Part shown: positions 18,462 through 27,968 of the stretch, one piece after another
Position numbering within the stretch: the stretch's first letter is position 1
How the letters are laid out: each line of letters begins with the position of its first letter
From: a virus
Taxonomy: Duplodnaviria; Caudoviricetes
IMG/VR virus record: IMGVR_UViG_2974786931_000001
Location: 32,001 to 96,000 of that record
Direction: 5' to 3' (one strand)
DNA length: 64,000 nucleotides
Notes under the pieces: model-generated
The model's database searches: none
Seen by the model: the letters and a program-made list of their open reading frames with translations, nothing else
What the model was told of the DNA's origin: nothing
Translations under genes and position numbers: made by a program

Positions 18462-19132
18462 TACCAGCCAAACTCGGTTGATGGCAAGAACACTTGCTGT
18501 TGACGACGGAAAATTTGATTTAAATCTGTTTGTGGTTCAAAATAATCTGTTTCAGTAACACGAATCAAATAACGCCAACCTGACTGACGAGCTGCTTGAG
18601 CAGTATGCAATTCCCACCAATCCCACTCATAGATGAAGCCTGGTTCAATTTCATACGTATCATATAGGTTTATATCAGCTTTGACCTTCTGTGTCAAGGA
18701 CTTATACAGGGACGTCAGGTTCGTATCTAAGAGTTCTACTTCAACATTACGATTCTTAATAAAAATAGTAGGACAATCAATACCTAATACCATTAAATGA
18801 TATTTAGGAGCACGAGTATTTTCTTGCATATTAATATCAGGCGAACCTTTAGCAGGAGACATACTTCCACCGCGTGGAACACCATCAGTATGCCAGCCTG
18901 GTATCGCAGGAAACATGCCAGGCTGTAGCAGGTGGGTTTTAACATCAACAATAATATGTTTATACTCATAAGTCAGGTTCATTGAACTGAGAGCTTCCTG
19001 AGTGATTTTACCACCAAAGTTTATTGCTATTTCTAGTGGAGCATTCCATAACCCAGGAGCATCTTTAATATCCGCTTGAGTAAATGAATGGACACTATTT
19101 CCAACTTTAACTTCATTGCGATTAAATAACAT
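18461..19132 (-). CDS. Putative 2OG-Fe(II) dioxygenase-fold protein
   Basis: W-H-T-D, distal L-H-T-A and R-Y-L-I-R (HxD...H...R); GAGG RBS before ATG 19132. Confidence 0.65.
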   Translation of the reverse strand: MLFNRNEVKVGNSVHSFTQADIKDAPGLWNAPLEIAINFGGKITQEALSSMNLTYEYKHIIVDVKTHLLQPGMFPAIPGWHTDGVPRGGSMSPAKGSPDINMQENTRAPKYHLMVLGIDCPTIFIKNRNVEVELLDTNLTSLYKSLTQKVKADINLYDTYEIEPGFIYEWDWWELHTAQAARQSGWRYLIRVTETDYFEPQTDLNQIFRRQQQVFLPSTEFGW

Positions 19133-19142
19133 TTTTATTTCC

Positions 19143-19409
19143 TCACAGGTCGCCAGATTTATATTTTTCGATTGTAACATCTAAATCATAACCTTTAGAT
19201 GCTTCATTTTCACGAACAATTTGAGTATCATAACCAAATGAATGAGTATATTTGTAATAATTTTCAATTTGGCCTTTAATTAAAGGATCTGTACTAAAAG
19301 TGATAATAGTAATAACACCTTCAAGCATACGAAATAATACGGTTTGGACTTGAATTCCATCCCAAGTGTTTGTTACAATACGGTCACCAGGTCTAAGATC
19401 GTGTCTCAT
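19143..19409 (-). CDS. Hypothetical protein
   Basis: GAGG RBS. Confidence 0.65.
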   Translation of the reverse strand: MRHDLRPGDRIVTNTWDGIQVQTVLFRMLEGVITIITFSTDPLIKGQIENYYKYTHSFGYDTQIVRENEASKGYDLDVTIEKYKSGDL

Positions 19410-19413
19410 TTTT

Positions 19414-19601
19414 TTATTTCCTCACAAAATCAATTGAATTTAATTCTAAAATCTTTTTAGCAAATTCTAAAGCTTGGCATTAGATAATGTAATAGAACCT
19501 GCCCCAGTAATATCATCTGCATGTTCAGAGATTATATCAATGCAGTTTTCAGAAATATCAACATCAAAAGATTCATCCTTACCTTTAAGAGTAAACAACA
19601 T
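19414..19601 (-). pseudogene. Small gene with a probable single-base frameshift
   Basis: The frame from ATG 19601 stops at 19467; a shifted frame continues QALEFAKKILELNSIDFVRK to 19414. Confidence 0.45.
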
Positions 19602-19604
19602 TTT

Positions 19605-19844
19605 TTATTTCCTCAAGTTATCGATTAATGCAAAAATTGCATTTAAGATATAATTTATCACTAAACATCCTATCAAAATAACCAATACTCCTAGTGCCAG
19701 CGGCCATAACACTACAATAATAATTCCTAATATAGATGATAACTCTGAATCATCTGGTTCTAAAGCATGAGTGGTCAATTTACAAAAAACTGCTGTAATC
19801 AGTCCACAAAAGAACCATATCATACAAAAAATAAAAGCATCCAT
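19605..19844 (-). CDS. Small two-TM membrane protein (LWPL family)
   Basis: Two hydrophobic helices. Confidence 0.7.
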   Translation of the reverse strand: MDAFIFCMIWFFCGLITAVFCKLTTHALEPDDSELSSILGIIIVVLWPLALGVLVILIGCLVINYILNAIFALIDNLRK

Positions 19845-20635
19845 TAGATAACCTTAATCTGAGAAGGGCGTTTAAAGAAAGCGTGGGTTTTATCATTTTC
19901 GGCTACTTCGAATGTAGCCGCGAATTCGATTTCACCACGATAATCAATTGACACTGATTTAGGCAAAGAACCGTAAACAGTAGAACCATTTTCAAGAACA
20001 ACAGTCATCTTAATAGAAGGACCGTAGAAACTTTCAACTACTTTAGTTGAGCGAAGTGTTCCTTTAACATGAGTTTTACCTGAAGGCGCATCACCTTTTA
20101 ATAATTTAAGTTGTTCGTATAAGTTTGTAAAGAATGCATCAGAAAATGTCTTGATTGTGTCAAGGAAAATTGGGTTAGTTTTTATTTCACACATAAAGAC
20201 ATTAATGCCTTCATTTACCCAAGTTTTATAAGGAGGGAGAATGTCAATTGATTCTTTCATCATGCAAAGAGAATTGTACATTTCTTCTGTAATACGAAGT
20301 TTCCAAAACCCATATGCAGATTCACTAATAGGTCTTGATATATAATCAGCTTCGTCAGCATATGGCAAATATTGCCCACCGCCATAAGCTTCTATTTCTT
20401 GTGTAATCGGGTCTTCCCACAGATAGCCATCAAATGGGGCATGAGGACGTCCATCAACACCCCAAGTAGGGTCAACACATTTATCAAATGATTTACGACC
20501 TGATAGTGTAGCAGACCATCCCGAATTAAGTTCAATTGCGCGATTTGTAACACGTACACGATGAGCTTTATACTTGGCACGTTGCGCGTCACGAAGTTCT
20601 GTTAAAATTTCTAAAATATCTTTTGATGTAGACAT
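19844..20635 (-). CDS. Hypothetical early protein, possible C-terminal OB-fold
   Basis: First gene after an early promoter; beta-rich C-terminus. Confidence 0.75.
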   Translation of the reverse strand: MSTSKDILEILTELRDAQRAKYKAHRVRVTNRAIELNSGWSATLSGRKSFDKCVDPTWGVDGRPHAPFDGYLWEDPITQEIEAYGGGQYLPYADEADYISRPISESAYGFWKLRITEEMYNSLCMMKESIDILPPYKTWVNEGINVFMCEIKTNPIFLDTIKTFSDAFFTNLYEQLKLLKGDAPSGKTHVKGTLRSTKVVESFYGPSIKMTVVLENGSTVYGSLPKSVSIDYRGEIEFAATFEVAENDKTHAFFKRPSQIKVI

Positions 20636-20662
20636 AATAATCTCCTTTGATTTGATAGGAGT

Positions 20663-20692
20663 ACTATACCATGTCTACATCAACATGTAAAC
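20663..20692 (-). promoter_or_regulatory. Early promoter
   Basis: GTTTAC-N18-TATAGT. Confidence 0.85.
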
Positions 20693-20883
20693 TATATTTT
20701 TCCACGACTGAGCAAATAAAATATCCATAATGGATAAAGCAGAGCAATGATACTACATTTAATGGTTGTCCACACCTTTCCGCCTTTAGGAGCAAATGTA
20801 TGCGTAGCTATAGCTACGACTGAACCTGTGATGATCCAGCAGAATAAAGCAAACAGACTTAATATGATAAGTGCAATAGACAT
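20692..20883 (-). CDS. Small two-TM membrane protein
   Basis: MSIALIILSLF...LLYPLW. Confidence 0.65.
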   Translation of the reverse strand: MSIALIILSLFALFCWIITGSVVAIATHTFAPKGGKVWTTIKCSIIALLYPLWIFYLLSRGKI

Positions 20884-20888
20884 AAGAC

Positions 20889-20990
20889 CTACATTTTCAA
20901 AGTGTATTGATAACCTGCAATCCACAAAACACTCAAGATCGCTGCGATAGTTCCAAAGACATCGATATTAGCTACGATATAATCAATCAT
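20889..20990 (-). CDS. 33-aa membrane peptide
   Basis: MIDYIVANIDVFGTIAAILSVLWIAGYQYTLKM; AGGA RBS. Confidence 0.5.
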   Translation of the reverse strand: MIDYIVANIDVFGTIAAILSVLWIAGYQYTLKM

Positions 20991-20999
20991 AGTATTTCC

Positions 21000-21215
21000 T
21001 TATTCAGTAAGATATTCATACCATAAACGTTCTACAAACATTCCAGCATAAACGAATATAAGAATAAACCCAACTAATGGCCAAAGGCATGTAACCCATG
21101 CAGCATAAACAGAATCAAATTCAACATCAAAGAATTTATTGATACGTTTTACTAATAGTGCAATTGCCACACCCAATATAATGTACAAAGCAAAATAACA
21201 AATTGCAAGAATCAT
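21000..21215 (-). CDS. Small two-TM membrane protein (LWPL family)
   Basis: Hydrophobic, LWPL motif. Confidence 0.7.
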   Translation of the reverse strand: MILAICYFALYIILGVAIALLVKRINKFFDVEFDSVYAAWVTCLWPLVGFILIFVYAGMFVERLWYEYLTE

Positions 21216-21466
21216 GATTTAACCTTATTCAAACGGATGTCCCATAAATGCTTAACGAGAAATGTGATGAAAATAAAAGGCATAATAAGCACTAAAAGTG
21301 GCCAAAGAGCCGTGGCCATTAAAGCAGAACTTGAATCAAAAGTGCTAGTTGTATAAGGATTTCTATTAGCCCATTCACATATCAATGCAACTAATGTGCC
21401 AATACCAATGTACACCACAAGTCCACATAAAAAATAAATTATAATTGTAATCATAAGTCCTTCCAT
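21212..21466 (-). CDS. Small two-TM membrane protein (LWPL family)
   Basis: Hydrophobic, LWPL motif. Confidence 0.7.
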   Translation of the reverse strand: MEGLMITIIIYFLCGLVVYIGIGTLVALICEWANRNPYTTSTFDSSSALMATALWPLLVLIMPFIFITFLVKHLWDIRLNKVKS

Positions 21467-21900
21467 TCTAAGGCTAATGTATCATGAGCAGCTATAACGT
21501 TCTGGAACAAATTTGTATCTGGATAACAGTCATACAAATAGCTTTTAATTTCTTGGTTCTTTAAGGCCCATGGCTTGTACCATTCAGCTAAATCAGGATG
21601 TTGCTTACAAAGCTTTTGAATTTCACGATTAGTAACCAAAGCCCAGAACAAAAATGTTCCTTGAACTTTATCGATATATTCCAGTTTAACATCATAATTA
21701 GCATTCATTATAGAAGCAACTACTACATCACGCCAGGCCGAACGTAATTCACCTAATACATTAGGCTTATTACCATGATTGAATTTATAAAGCTCTTCAC
21801 AGATTCTAACAGCATTTTTTTCTTGTTTACCTTGAGGTTTACCTGCATAGATATGTGCAGGTGGATATAATGATGTATTCTCGACCCAGTTATTCATGAG
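21451..21900 (-). CDS. T4 nrdC-region conserved protein
   Basis: NNWVENTSLYPPAHIYAGKP...CEELYKFN; start uncertain. Confidence 0.7.
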   Translation of the reverse strand, partial: LMNNWVENTSLYPPAHIYAGKPQGKQEKNAVRICEELYKFNHGNKPNVLGELRSAWRDVVVASIMNANYDVKLEYIDKVQGTFLFWALVTNREIQKLCKQHPDLAEWYKPWALKNQEIKSYLYDCYPDTNLFQNVIAAHDTLALEWKDL

Positions 21901-22327
21901 AATCATATGGACGCTCCATAATAAAATCGTAGTTATCATTTACATCCATCTTCAGCCAAAAGACACCTAGTTGGATATTATTTGGCTCATTACCTTTAGA
22001 CCCAGTAGATCGTCCGAAGTCACGTTTAGAATATCGATGATGACCATGCTCGTCATAAAGTGTCTCATATGAAGTGCCTGGATTAGAGAGACCTTGCATA
22101 GTAACCACTGAACCGCCGAGAGTAGTATATTCGTAACCTTTAGCAAATGTATTTGGATTACCATTAGTTGAAGCAACCATCACAATTTCATATTCTTCAT
22201 TTTCTTCAGAATATGACCCTAAATGACATACAGCTTGGTATTCATTAGGAGCTTCAATTTTAGATGTATGGAAAATTCCATCCCATTTACCTTCTACTAA
22301 ACGACGATATTTAATTTTATATAACAT
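21890..22327 (-). CDS. Hypothetical protein
   Basis: GAGG RBS. Confidence 0.7.
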   Translation of the reverse strand: MLYKIKYRRLVEGKWDGIFHTSKIEAPNEYQAVCHLGSYSEENEEYEIVMVASTNGNPNTFAKGYEYTTLGGSVVTMQGLSNPGTSYETLYDEHGHHRYSKRDFGRSTGSKGNEPNNIQLGVFWLKMDVNDNYDFIMERPYDSHE

Positions 22328-22329
22328 AA

Positions 22330-22491
22330 CTACCTCAGAAATTTAGGTTTAACTACGGTATAAGTCACATGACGCCAAGTAGCCTTATATTTCTTAATCA
22401 ATATATCTACTTCTTCAAGAGATTCAGTTTTAGTGAGATACCATTTATCCCCACCTATTTCCATTGAACCATATATCACATAAACTGTCAT
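22330..22491 (-). CDS. Hypothetical 53-aa protein
   Basis: MTVYVIYGSMEIGGDKWYLTKTESLEEV...; ATGA coupling. Confidence 0.5.
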   Translation of the reverse strand: MTVYVIYGSMEIGGDKWYLTKTESLEEVDILIKKYKATWRHVTYTVVKPKFLR

Positions 22492-22721
22492 GATTTAAGT
22501 TCTAAAGATTCACCTAGGTTATTCATTGTGTTAGCTACATAAGCAAATACAACTACACCTATAGCAGTGAAAGCTAATTCAATAGGACCAATCGAAGAGA
22601 AGAAAGCAGACAAATTAGGGTTATTGATTTTAGCTTGAATAGTAGCCATAAACAATTCACCATCATGATCTAGACCAAGTTTGTTCAGAATTACTTGATA
22701 TACATAAGAGATATAAGACAT
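22488..22721 (-). CDS. Hypothetical membrane protein
   Basis: GAGG RBS; one TM segment. Confidence 0.65.
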   Translation of the reverse strand: MSYISYVYQVILNKLGLDHDGELFMATIQAKINNPNLSAFFSSIGPIELAFTAIGVVVFAYVANTMNNLGESLELKS

Positions 22722-22735
22722 ATTATTTTCCTCAA

Positions 22736-22951
22736 TTAAATTGTCACTGAATCATCGTATTTTGTTTCACGAGGTGTGTAATCTGTTGTAGCCGATAATC
22801 CACAGGATTTACAAACCATTTTTGGGATAACATTTTGGTGGAAAAAAGAATCATCGTAACCACTAGATTTTTCTTCGAATTCACAATGTTCGCATTGGTA
22901 AATAGCCTGAAAATCTCGGCGATGTTGAGATATCATCTTTTTAATATGCAT
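22736..22951 (-). CDS. Zinc-finger protein
   Basis: RRDF.AIYQCEHC...CKSCG; GAGG RBS before MHIKK. Confidence 0.7.
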   Translation of the reverse strand: MHIKKMISQHRRDFQAIYQCEHCEFEEKSSGYDDSFFHQNVIPKMVCKSCGLSATTDYTPRETKYDDSVTI

Positions 22952-22967
22952 ATTATTTTCCTCAATT

Positions 22968-23234
22968 TTACAAAATAAATGGTTCAATATCTGATAAGTC
23001 AACAGTCCAACCACGAGTAGATATGTTATCACGACTAATACGAGCTGTTTTGTCGGTATGAGAATCTAACATAACACTATTAGGACCATACATTACTATA
23101 TCACCAGGTTTTAACGAGCGAAGCCAATTAAGACGTTCAACATCTTTAACTAAATTAGCTTTGATCAAAGCATCTAGAACTTCATTTTGATCCATTTCGC
23201 GAACTACATGACGAACTATATCATAAACACTCAT
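22968..23234 (-). CDS. Hypothetical early protein
   Basis: Follows an early promoter. Confidence 0.7.
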   Translation of the reverse strand: MSVYDIVRHVVREMDQNEVLDALIKANLVKDVERLNWLRSLKPGDIVMYGPNSVMLDSHTDKTARISRDNISTRGWTVDLSDIEPFIL

Positions 23235-23263
23235 ATCGAATCCTTGATTAATTTGATAGGTCC

Positions 23264-23293
23264 ACTATAACATGAACCTATCTTAATGTAAAC
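23264..23293 (-). promoter_or_regulatory. Early promoter
   Basis: GTTTAC-N18-TATAGT. Confidence 0.85.
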
Positions 23294-24270
23294 TATTTCA
23301 ACATTGTCACTTCAGCAATTTCTTTCCAGTTGTGACGATCAGTAGAGATGAAGTCTGCTACATACAGAGCTGTACGTAGTGAAACATTACGTAAACGATT
23401 AACATTAAGTTGCATCCACTGAAGAGCTTCAATAGTTTCACTATTTGATAATCCACGTTTTTGTAACATGTCTGTAGTCATCACTACATCTTCAACACGA
23501 GACATAATTTCTTCGTTTGTGTGAACACCTAAATCTAAGTAAACTGAACGAGATATTAAAGCATTTAAGTGTGGAGATAATTTACTTCCACGTTCTAGTT
23601 CACGGTCGATATTAACGTTTGTAATGAAGACTATAGTAGCTTCGAAATCGAACTCAGTAGGGATACCAGCATCAGCAAGATATGAAGAGGCAGTGCTCCA
23701 GCATACTTTACGCTTCTCACCTGAGTCGAGTGCAGCTTTAAGAATATTCAATATATCCATATCACTAAACACATCAACATCATCAATCAAAAGAACTTGA
23801 TTTTTCTCACGTGAATTCCAAAGACGTTCATAAAGACCGATACCTGAAACCTTACCATTAATAGATGTATATTCGATATCACCACGTTCATCAGCTCGAG
23901 TTAATGCTTTATCAAGTGAAAAAGTTTTACCAATACCTGCTGCACCTGAAATAATCAGAGAACGGATATTACCTCCAATAATACCATTAGTCATTAAGTT
24001 CATTACATTAAAACGTTTTTTGATACGTTGTTTCATTTCATCATAAGATTCAACTTCGATGACCTGAGATTCTGGCATGTTATCCATAACAACATCTTTC
24101 TTGAATACCCATACACCACGTTCTTTACCGCCAATAGTAACAAATACTTTTCCATCTCCAAGATGTTCTTCATGCGAAGGCACTACTTCTGGAAACCATA
24201 CTCGTGAAGCAATAAACTTACCAGAGACTTCATTACCACGATAAGTACCTGTGTTGATTTGAACTTGCAT
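23293..24270 (-). CDS. nrdC.10: AAA-type ATPase, NrdC.10-like
   Basis: SGAAGIGKT Walker A and LLIDDVD Walker B. Confidence 0.85.
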   Translation of the reverse strand: MQVQINTGTYRGNEVSGKFIASRVWFPEVVPSHEEHLGDGKVFVTIGGKERGVWVFKKDVVMDNMPESQVIEVESYDEMKQRIKKRFNVMNLMTNGIIGGNIRSLIISGAAGIGKTFSLDKALTRADERGDIEYTSINGKVSGIGLYERLWNSREKNQVLLIDDVDVFSDMDILNILKAALDSGEKRKVCWSTASSYLADAGIPTEFDFEATIVFITNVNIDRELERGSKLSPHLNALISRSVYLDLGVHTNEEIMSRVEDVVMTTDMLQKRGLSNSETIEALQWMQLNVNRLRNVSLRTALYVADFISTDRHNWKEIAEVTMLK

Positions 24271-24307
24271 TTTTAACTCCATTTACTTGTTTTGTTTCGA
24301 TGTTGGT

Positions 24308-24336
24308 ATAATAACACAGTAGGCGTAAGTGTAAAC
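24308..24336 (-). promoter_or_regulatory. Early promoter
   Basis: GTTTAC-N17-TATTAT. Confidence 0.8.
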
Positions 24337-24347
24337 TATTAAATGCC

Positions 24348-24372
24348 AAAAAACCCACAGAAGTGGGTTTTA
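24348..24372. terminator. Rho-independent terminator (bidirectional-looking)
   Basis: AAAAACCCAC-AGAA-GTGGGTTTTT. Confidence 0.75.
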
Positions 24373-24380
24373 TTTTTAAA

Positions 24381-25322
24381 TTAAATTGCATCAAGTGCAG
24401 TTAATGCTCTGATGAATGCTTCTTTAGCTTTTTCTGCTTTAGAAATCTCATCATTAAGATTTTTGATTTTTGATTTCAAAATTTCTTTAACTGTTGATAC
24501 AGCATCTTCATCTAAATTTGAATTTGAGTCTTTTTTCACTGAAATTTCCTGATATGCATAATTAGGGGATAATGTAAATTGAATGCAACCTTTAGATACA
24601 TGTATAATGCTACCTTCAACCCATTTATTTCTGAACACAAATATTTTAAGCATCTCAATGCAGAAATCAATATCTTTTGTCGGTGCATCGATGTCTTGTT
24701 TAAACAATTTAACAGTCACAGTTCGCGTAGTTTCGCCAGTATAATCTATAGCTGAATAAATTCCGCTGGTTGTTGGCAAAGAAAATCTATTTTTATGTTG
24801 TGACAAATACGATGAATCTGAAATAATACGTTTAAGGTCATCTCGGAGTAAATCAACAAACTCTTCATTACGGTTCTGGAAACCTTTTACGAGGCGATGG
24901 GCACCATATACATCTACAATACGGCCGTTAACAATAGTTCCGAACTCATTTAATTTTTTATATTTCTTTACTCGTGCTACACAACCAGTACCGACTAAAC
25001 GTACCCAAATATCATAGATACTTAAATTTCCATAATTATCATAATTAGCTATTTTAATCAGTTGAGTCGATGTTAAATATTTTACACCGCCAAGCTCAGA
25101 ATTACTATTCATGTATATAGTCATAGCTTTAACAATGCTATTAGATAAAATTCTATGACTAATTGAGTTGTAGTTATTAATCAAATCTTTTATGCACAAA
25201 TGTGGATGCACAGGATTTGCAAGTTCAACTGGTTTAATAGTGAATTTAAGACCTAATTCAGACAGAAAAATAGATTTAAATTTATCGAATTCAGCTTTAT
25301 TTGATAACGATTTAATACTCAT
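24381..25322 (-). CDS. nrdC-region hypothetical protein with C-terminal coiled coil
   Basis: 313-aa ORF; ATGA coupling. Confidence 0.75.
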   Translation of the reverse strand: MSIKSLSNKAEFDKFKSIFLSELGLKFTIKPVELANPVHPHLCIKDLINNYNSISHRILSNSIVKAMTIYMNSNSELGGVKYLTSTQLIKIANYDNYGNLSIYDIWVRLVGTGCVARVKKYKKLNEFGTIVNGRIVDVYGAHRLVKGFQNRNEEFVDLLRDDLKRIISDSSYLSQHKNRFSLPTTSGIYSAIDYTGETTRTVTVKLFKQDIDAPTKDIDFCIEMLKIFVFRNKWVEGSIIHVSKGCIQFTLSPNYAYQEISVKKDSNSNLDEDAVSTVKEILKSKIKNLNDEISKAEKAKEAFIRALTALDAI

Positions 25323-25510
25323 GGTTGCTCCATTTTAATTTCTTCACGTAATAAGAATTTCTTAACTCTACGAGCATGTCGATGTTCTTTCTTTATATCT
25401 CTGGCTCGAGCTCTGATAGAACGATTACTTCTATAAGTATCATTAGGATAATCGTCATGACCTGGGCAACAATACCCAGGATTATACACATCAGCTATTT
25501 CTCGTTTCAT
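25319..25510 (-). CDS. Small basic protein with CCPGHD motif
   Basis: Arg/Lys-rich ORF. Confidence 0.65.
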   Translation of the reverse strand: MKREIADVYNPGYCCPGHDDYPNDTYRSNRSIRARARDIKKEHRHARRVKKFLLREEIKMEQP

Positions 25511-25513
25511 AAA

Positions 25514-25921
25514 TCACCAGTTAAAAGCTAACATCATACGCTTATTTTCGCGATGATGTTTATCTTTAAGATAATATTCTTCATCTTCAGGGTCTTCGAA
25601 CACACCAAGAACGCATTGTTCGCCAAAAGATAAAGCTTCGTCTTTAGTATTAAATGCTCTGTTCAAGTTATAAACAGGTTTTCCATCTGTTATGCCAAAA
25701 TCATTTAAAAACATTTTATCTATATAGCTTTGTTCTTCATCCGTACAACTAATGTAATCAATACAAATATTGATATACAGATGCCCACTTTGTGAAAGTA
25801 ATGGCTTTGATAGAATTACAACTTTAGAAACAGCTTTTTCTATATCCGCAACACAATTAGTGCCGTGAACACGAAAGATAGTAGAACCTACTTCTAGTTC
25901 AGATGCCGATTTAATAGCCAT
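25514..25921 (-). CDS. Hypothetical early protein
   Basis: Follows an early promoter; GAGG RBS. Confidence 0.7.
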   Translation of the reverse strand: MAIKSASELEVGSTIFRVHGTNCVADIEKAVSKVVILSKPLLSQSGHLYINICIDYISCTDEEQSYIDKMFLNDFGITDGKPVYNLNRAFNTKDEALSFGEQCVLGVFEDPEDEEYYLKDKHHRENKRMMLAFNW

Positions 25922-25949
25922 GATAATATCCTCTTGATTGTGTAGAACA

Positions 25950-25979
25950 ATACTATCATGGCTTTGAACGATTGTAAAC
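25950..25979 (-). promoter_or_regulatory. Early promoter
   Basis: GTTTAC-N18-TAGTAT. Confidence 0.8.
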
Positions 25980-25981
25980 TG

Positions 25982-26377
25982 TTAGATATCAAATTGCGTA
26001 AAAGAAAAAGCATCTGTGATATCTACTAGGTCTTCAATGAAGTAGACTTTAAGACCATAAGCTATAGGACAATAAACTTGTCCTTTAATACTTTCAGGTA
26101 AATCAAATATTCCAAGCAAATCATGAATCAATTCTTCAGGGTACTCATGGTCTAAAGAAGGCAAACTATCACTTAGATTTTGGCTGATATTATGCTTATG
26201 TTCTAATAACCGTATAAGATGTACAAATTTAGCATTAGAAATAATTTTATCGCCTAATCTATCTTCATAAAAGTTTTTTATTAGCTCTATTACAAATGCA
26301 GCATCATTATATTCTTCAAACACTAGATGTGCCAATTCATTACCTAAATAAAATGTAATATTATAACCTTCTTTCAT
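25982..26377 (-). CDS. Hypothetical protein
   Basis: AAGGA RBS. Confidence 0.65.
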   Translation of the reverse strand: MKEGYNITFYLGNELAHLVFEEYNDAAFVIELIKNFYEDRLGDKIISNAKFVHLIRLLEHKHNISQNLSDSLPSLDHEYPEELIHDLLGIFDLPESIKGQVYCPIAYGLKVYFIEDLVDITDAFSFTQFDI

Positions 26378-26386
26378 AATAAGTCC

Positions 26387-26554
26387 TTAATCAAAGCTGA
26401 TATCAGAAATTCCTACATCGCCGTCATCAGTCCGAAGAACTAAACTGATATGAGTTGTAATAGCTTGACTGTAGAAGTCTTCTCTACGCTGGTTAACATC
26501 TAAGTATAGATTTTCTTTTAAGAATTCGATTAGTTCTTCTTTGTTTATACTCAT
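26387..26554 (-). CDS. Hypothetical 55-aa protein
   Basis: MSINKEELIEFLKENLYLDV...; ATGA coupling. Confidence 0.55.
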   Translation of the reverse strand: MSINKEELIEFLKENLYLDVNQRREDFYSQAITTHISLVLRTDDGDVGISDISFD

Positions 26555-27561
26555 TTGTACCAACTATTCAATTCATCAAGATAAACTTCTTCTAGGAACT
26601 TATCCCAGAAGGTCATATCAACATGTTCAGGCATACCGTTTTTAGCAGCAATCGCCGAAGCTTTTTCTACTGCATCAACTACATGCTCTAGATTATGCTG
26701 TACATGTTTAAAATCGCATTCCCCAGCTTTAACTGATTTAAGCTGAGAAGCCATTGACAAAGGATATTTCAAATCGCCGGTTTCATAAATTTCAAGCAAT
26801 TGATAACCACCACGTAATGCATGGCTCAAAGCTTTCCAATCAATACCTTCATTAGCTTCTGCTTTACGAGCACGTTCGCCATATTCATTAAACAATTTAG
26901 TCAACGAATATTTGAATTCTTCAATGCTTAAGGTATCTTGGAATTTGCAACCAAGTACTACATAAAACAATTGTTCGCCAAGCTTATGGTCTACAAATGG
27001 TAGCCACTCAATGAATTCACCTGTTGGCAAATTAGCTGCGATATCTTTAATTTTCCAACGAACATTTTCTCGTTTGTTTTGAGGCTTATCAGGATGTTTC
27101 CATCCTGGAATATTTTGGATAAATTCTAAAACAGAGCGTAAATTAGCAAGTCGAGAACCTTTAACACCATACTTGCCAGCTTGTTTCCGCACATAGCCTA
27201 AATATGATTCCATGCTTGTCGTATAAAAACGACTACGATTCTTTTGAATGAAATTCCATACTTCTGGCAAGTCTGATTTAACGACCAAATCTGCTGGAGT
27301 ATGTAACATATCTAAAGCTACTGTTTCGCCATTTGATGCTAATTTAAGAAAATATTTTAGACTAAACAATTCATGGTCGATATCGTCTTGAGAATTTTTA
27401 GTAGCAGTGTTATTAGTGTTTAAATTAAATTGATTTTGCATAGTTCCTAAAAGAATTTCTTTAGCACTAGGAACAAAGATTTCTTTAAAATCAATATCGC
27501 TTTCTGGAGTAGAGGTCCCATAAAGATGGGAGCCGAAATATGCTTTGACAATAGTTTTCAT
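26551..27561 (-). CDS. nrdC.11: Pol-beta superfamily nucleotidyltransferase, NrdC.11-like
   Basis: FGSHLYGTSTPESDIDF; DWKALSHALR. Confidence 0.9.
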   Translation of the reverse strand: MKTIVKAYFGSHLYGTSTPESDIDFKEIFVPSAKEILLGTMQNQFNLNTNNTATKNSQDDIDHELFSLKYFLKLASNGETVALDMLHTPADLVVKSDLPEVWNFIQKNRSRFYTTSMESYLGYVRKQAGKYGVKGSRLANLRSVLEFIQNIPGWKHPDKPQNKRENVRWKIKDIAANLPTGEFIEWLPFVDHKLGEQLFYVVLGCKFQDTLSIEEFKYSLTKLFNEYGERARKAEANEGIDWKALSHALRGGYQLLEIYETGDLKYPLSMASQLKSVKAGECDFKHVQHNLEHVVDAVEKASAIAAKNGMPEHVDMTFWDKFLEEVYLDELNSWYK

Positions 27562-27968
27562 AGATAAATATGAGTCCTTTTAGCAATGTTGATTATATTT
27601 TTTAATGCCATAAAATATTCTGAGGCTTTTTCTTCGGTTTCAAATTTTGAGATCAAAGATTGACCTCTCATTTTCTGCACGATTTGCCAAATAGGCTTAA
27701 TCTTATAGCCACGAGTATCATCGCTATATTGTTCAGTTGATTCATACACTGCTGGAATGCAAATAGGTATAATATGATAGTCGGTTTCACCTTTAATTAT
27801 GATAACTGTTTCAATATATTTTCCGTATTTTACATTATTTACATATCCTAATACGCACTCACTTGGAAATCTATTGGCGTGGAAAATAGTTTTATTTGAG
27901 GCTAAAGTCATCTGTTTAATATGACTTTGTGTCAATTTAGTTTTAGATTTAATCAGCTCAATTTCCAT
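27558..27968 (-). CDS. Hypothetical protein
   Basis: Coupled ORF. Confidence 0.7.
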   Translation of the reverse strand: MEIELIKSKTKLTQSHIKQMTLASNKTIFHANRFPSECVLGYVNNVKYGKYIETVIIIKGETDYHIIPICIPAVYESTEQYSDDTRGYKIKPIWQIVQKMRGQSLISKFETEEKASEYFMALKNIINIAKRTHIYL

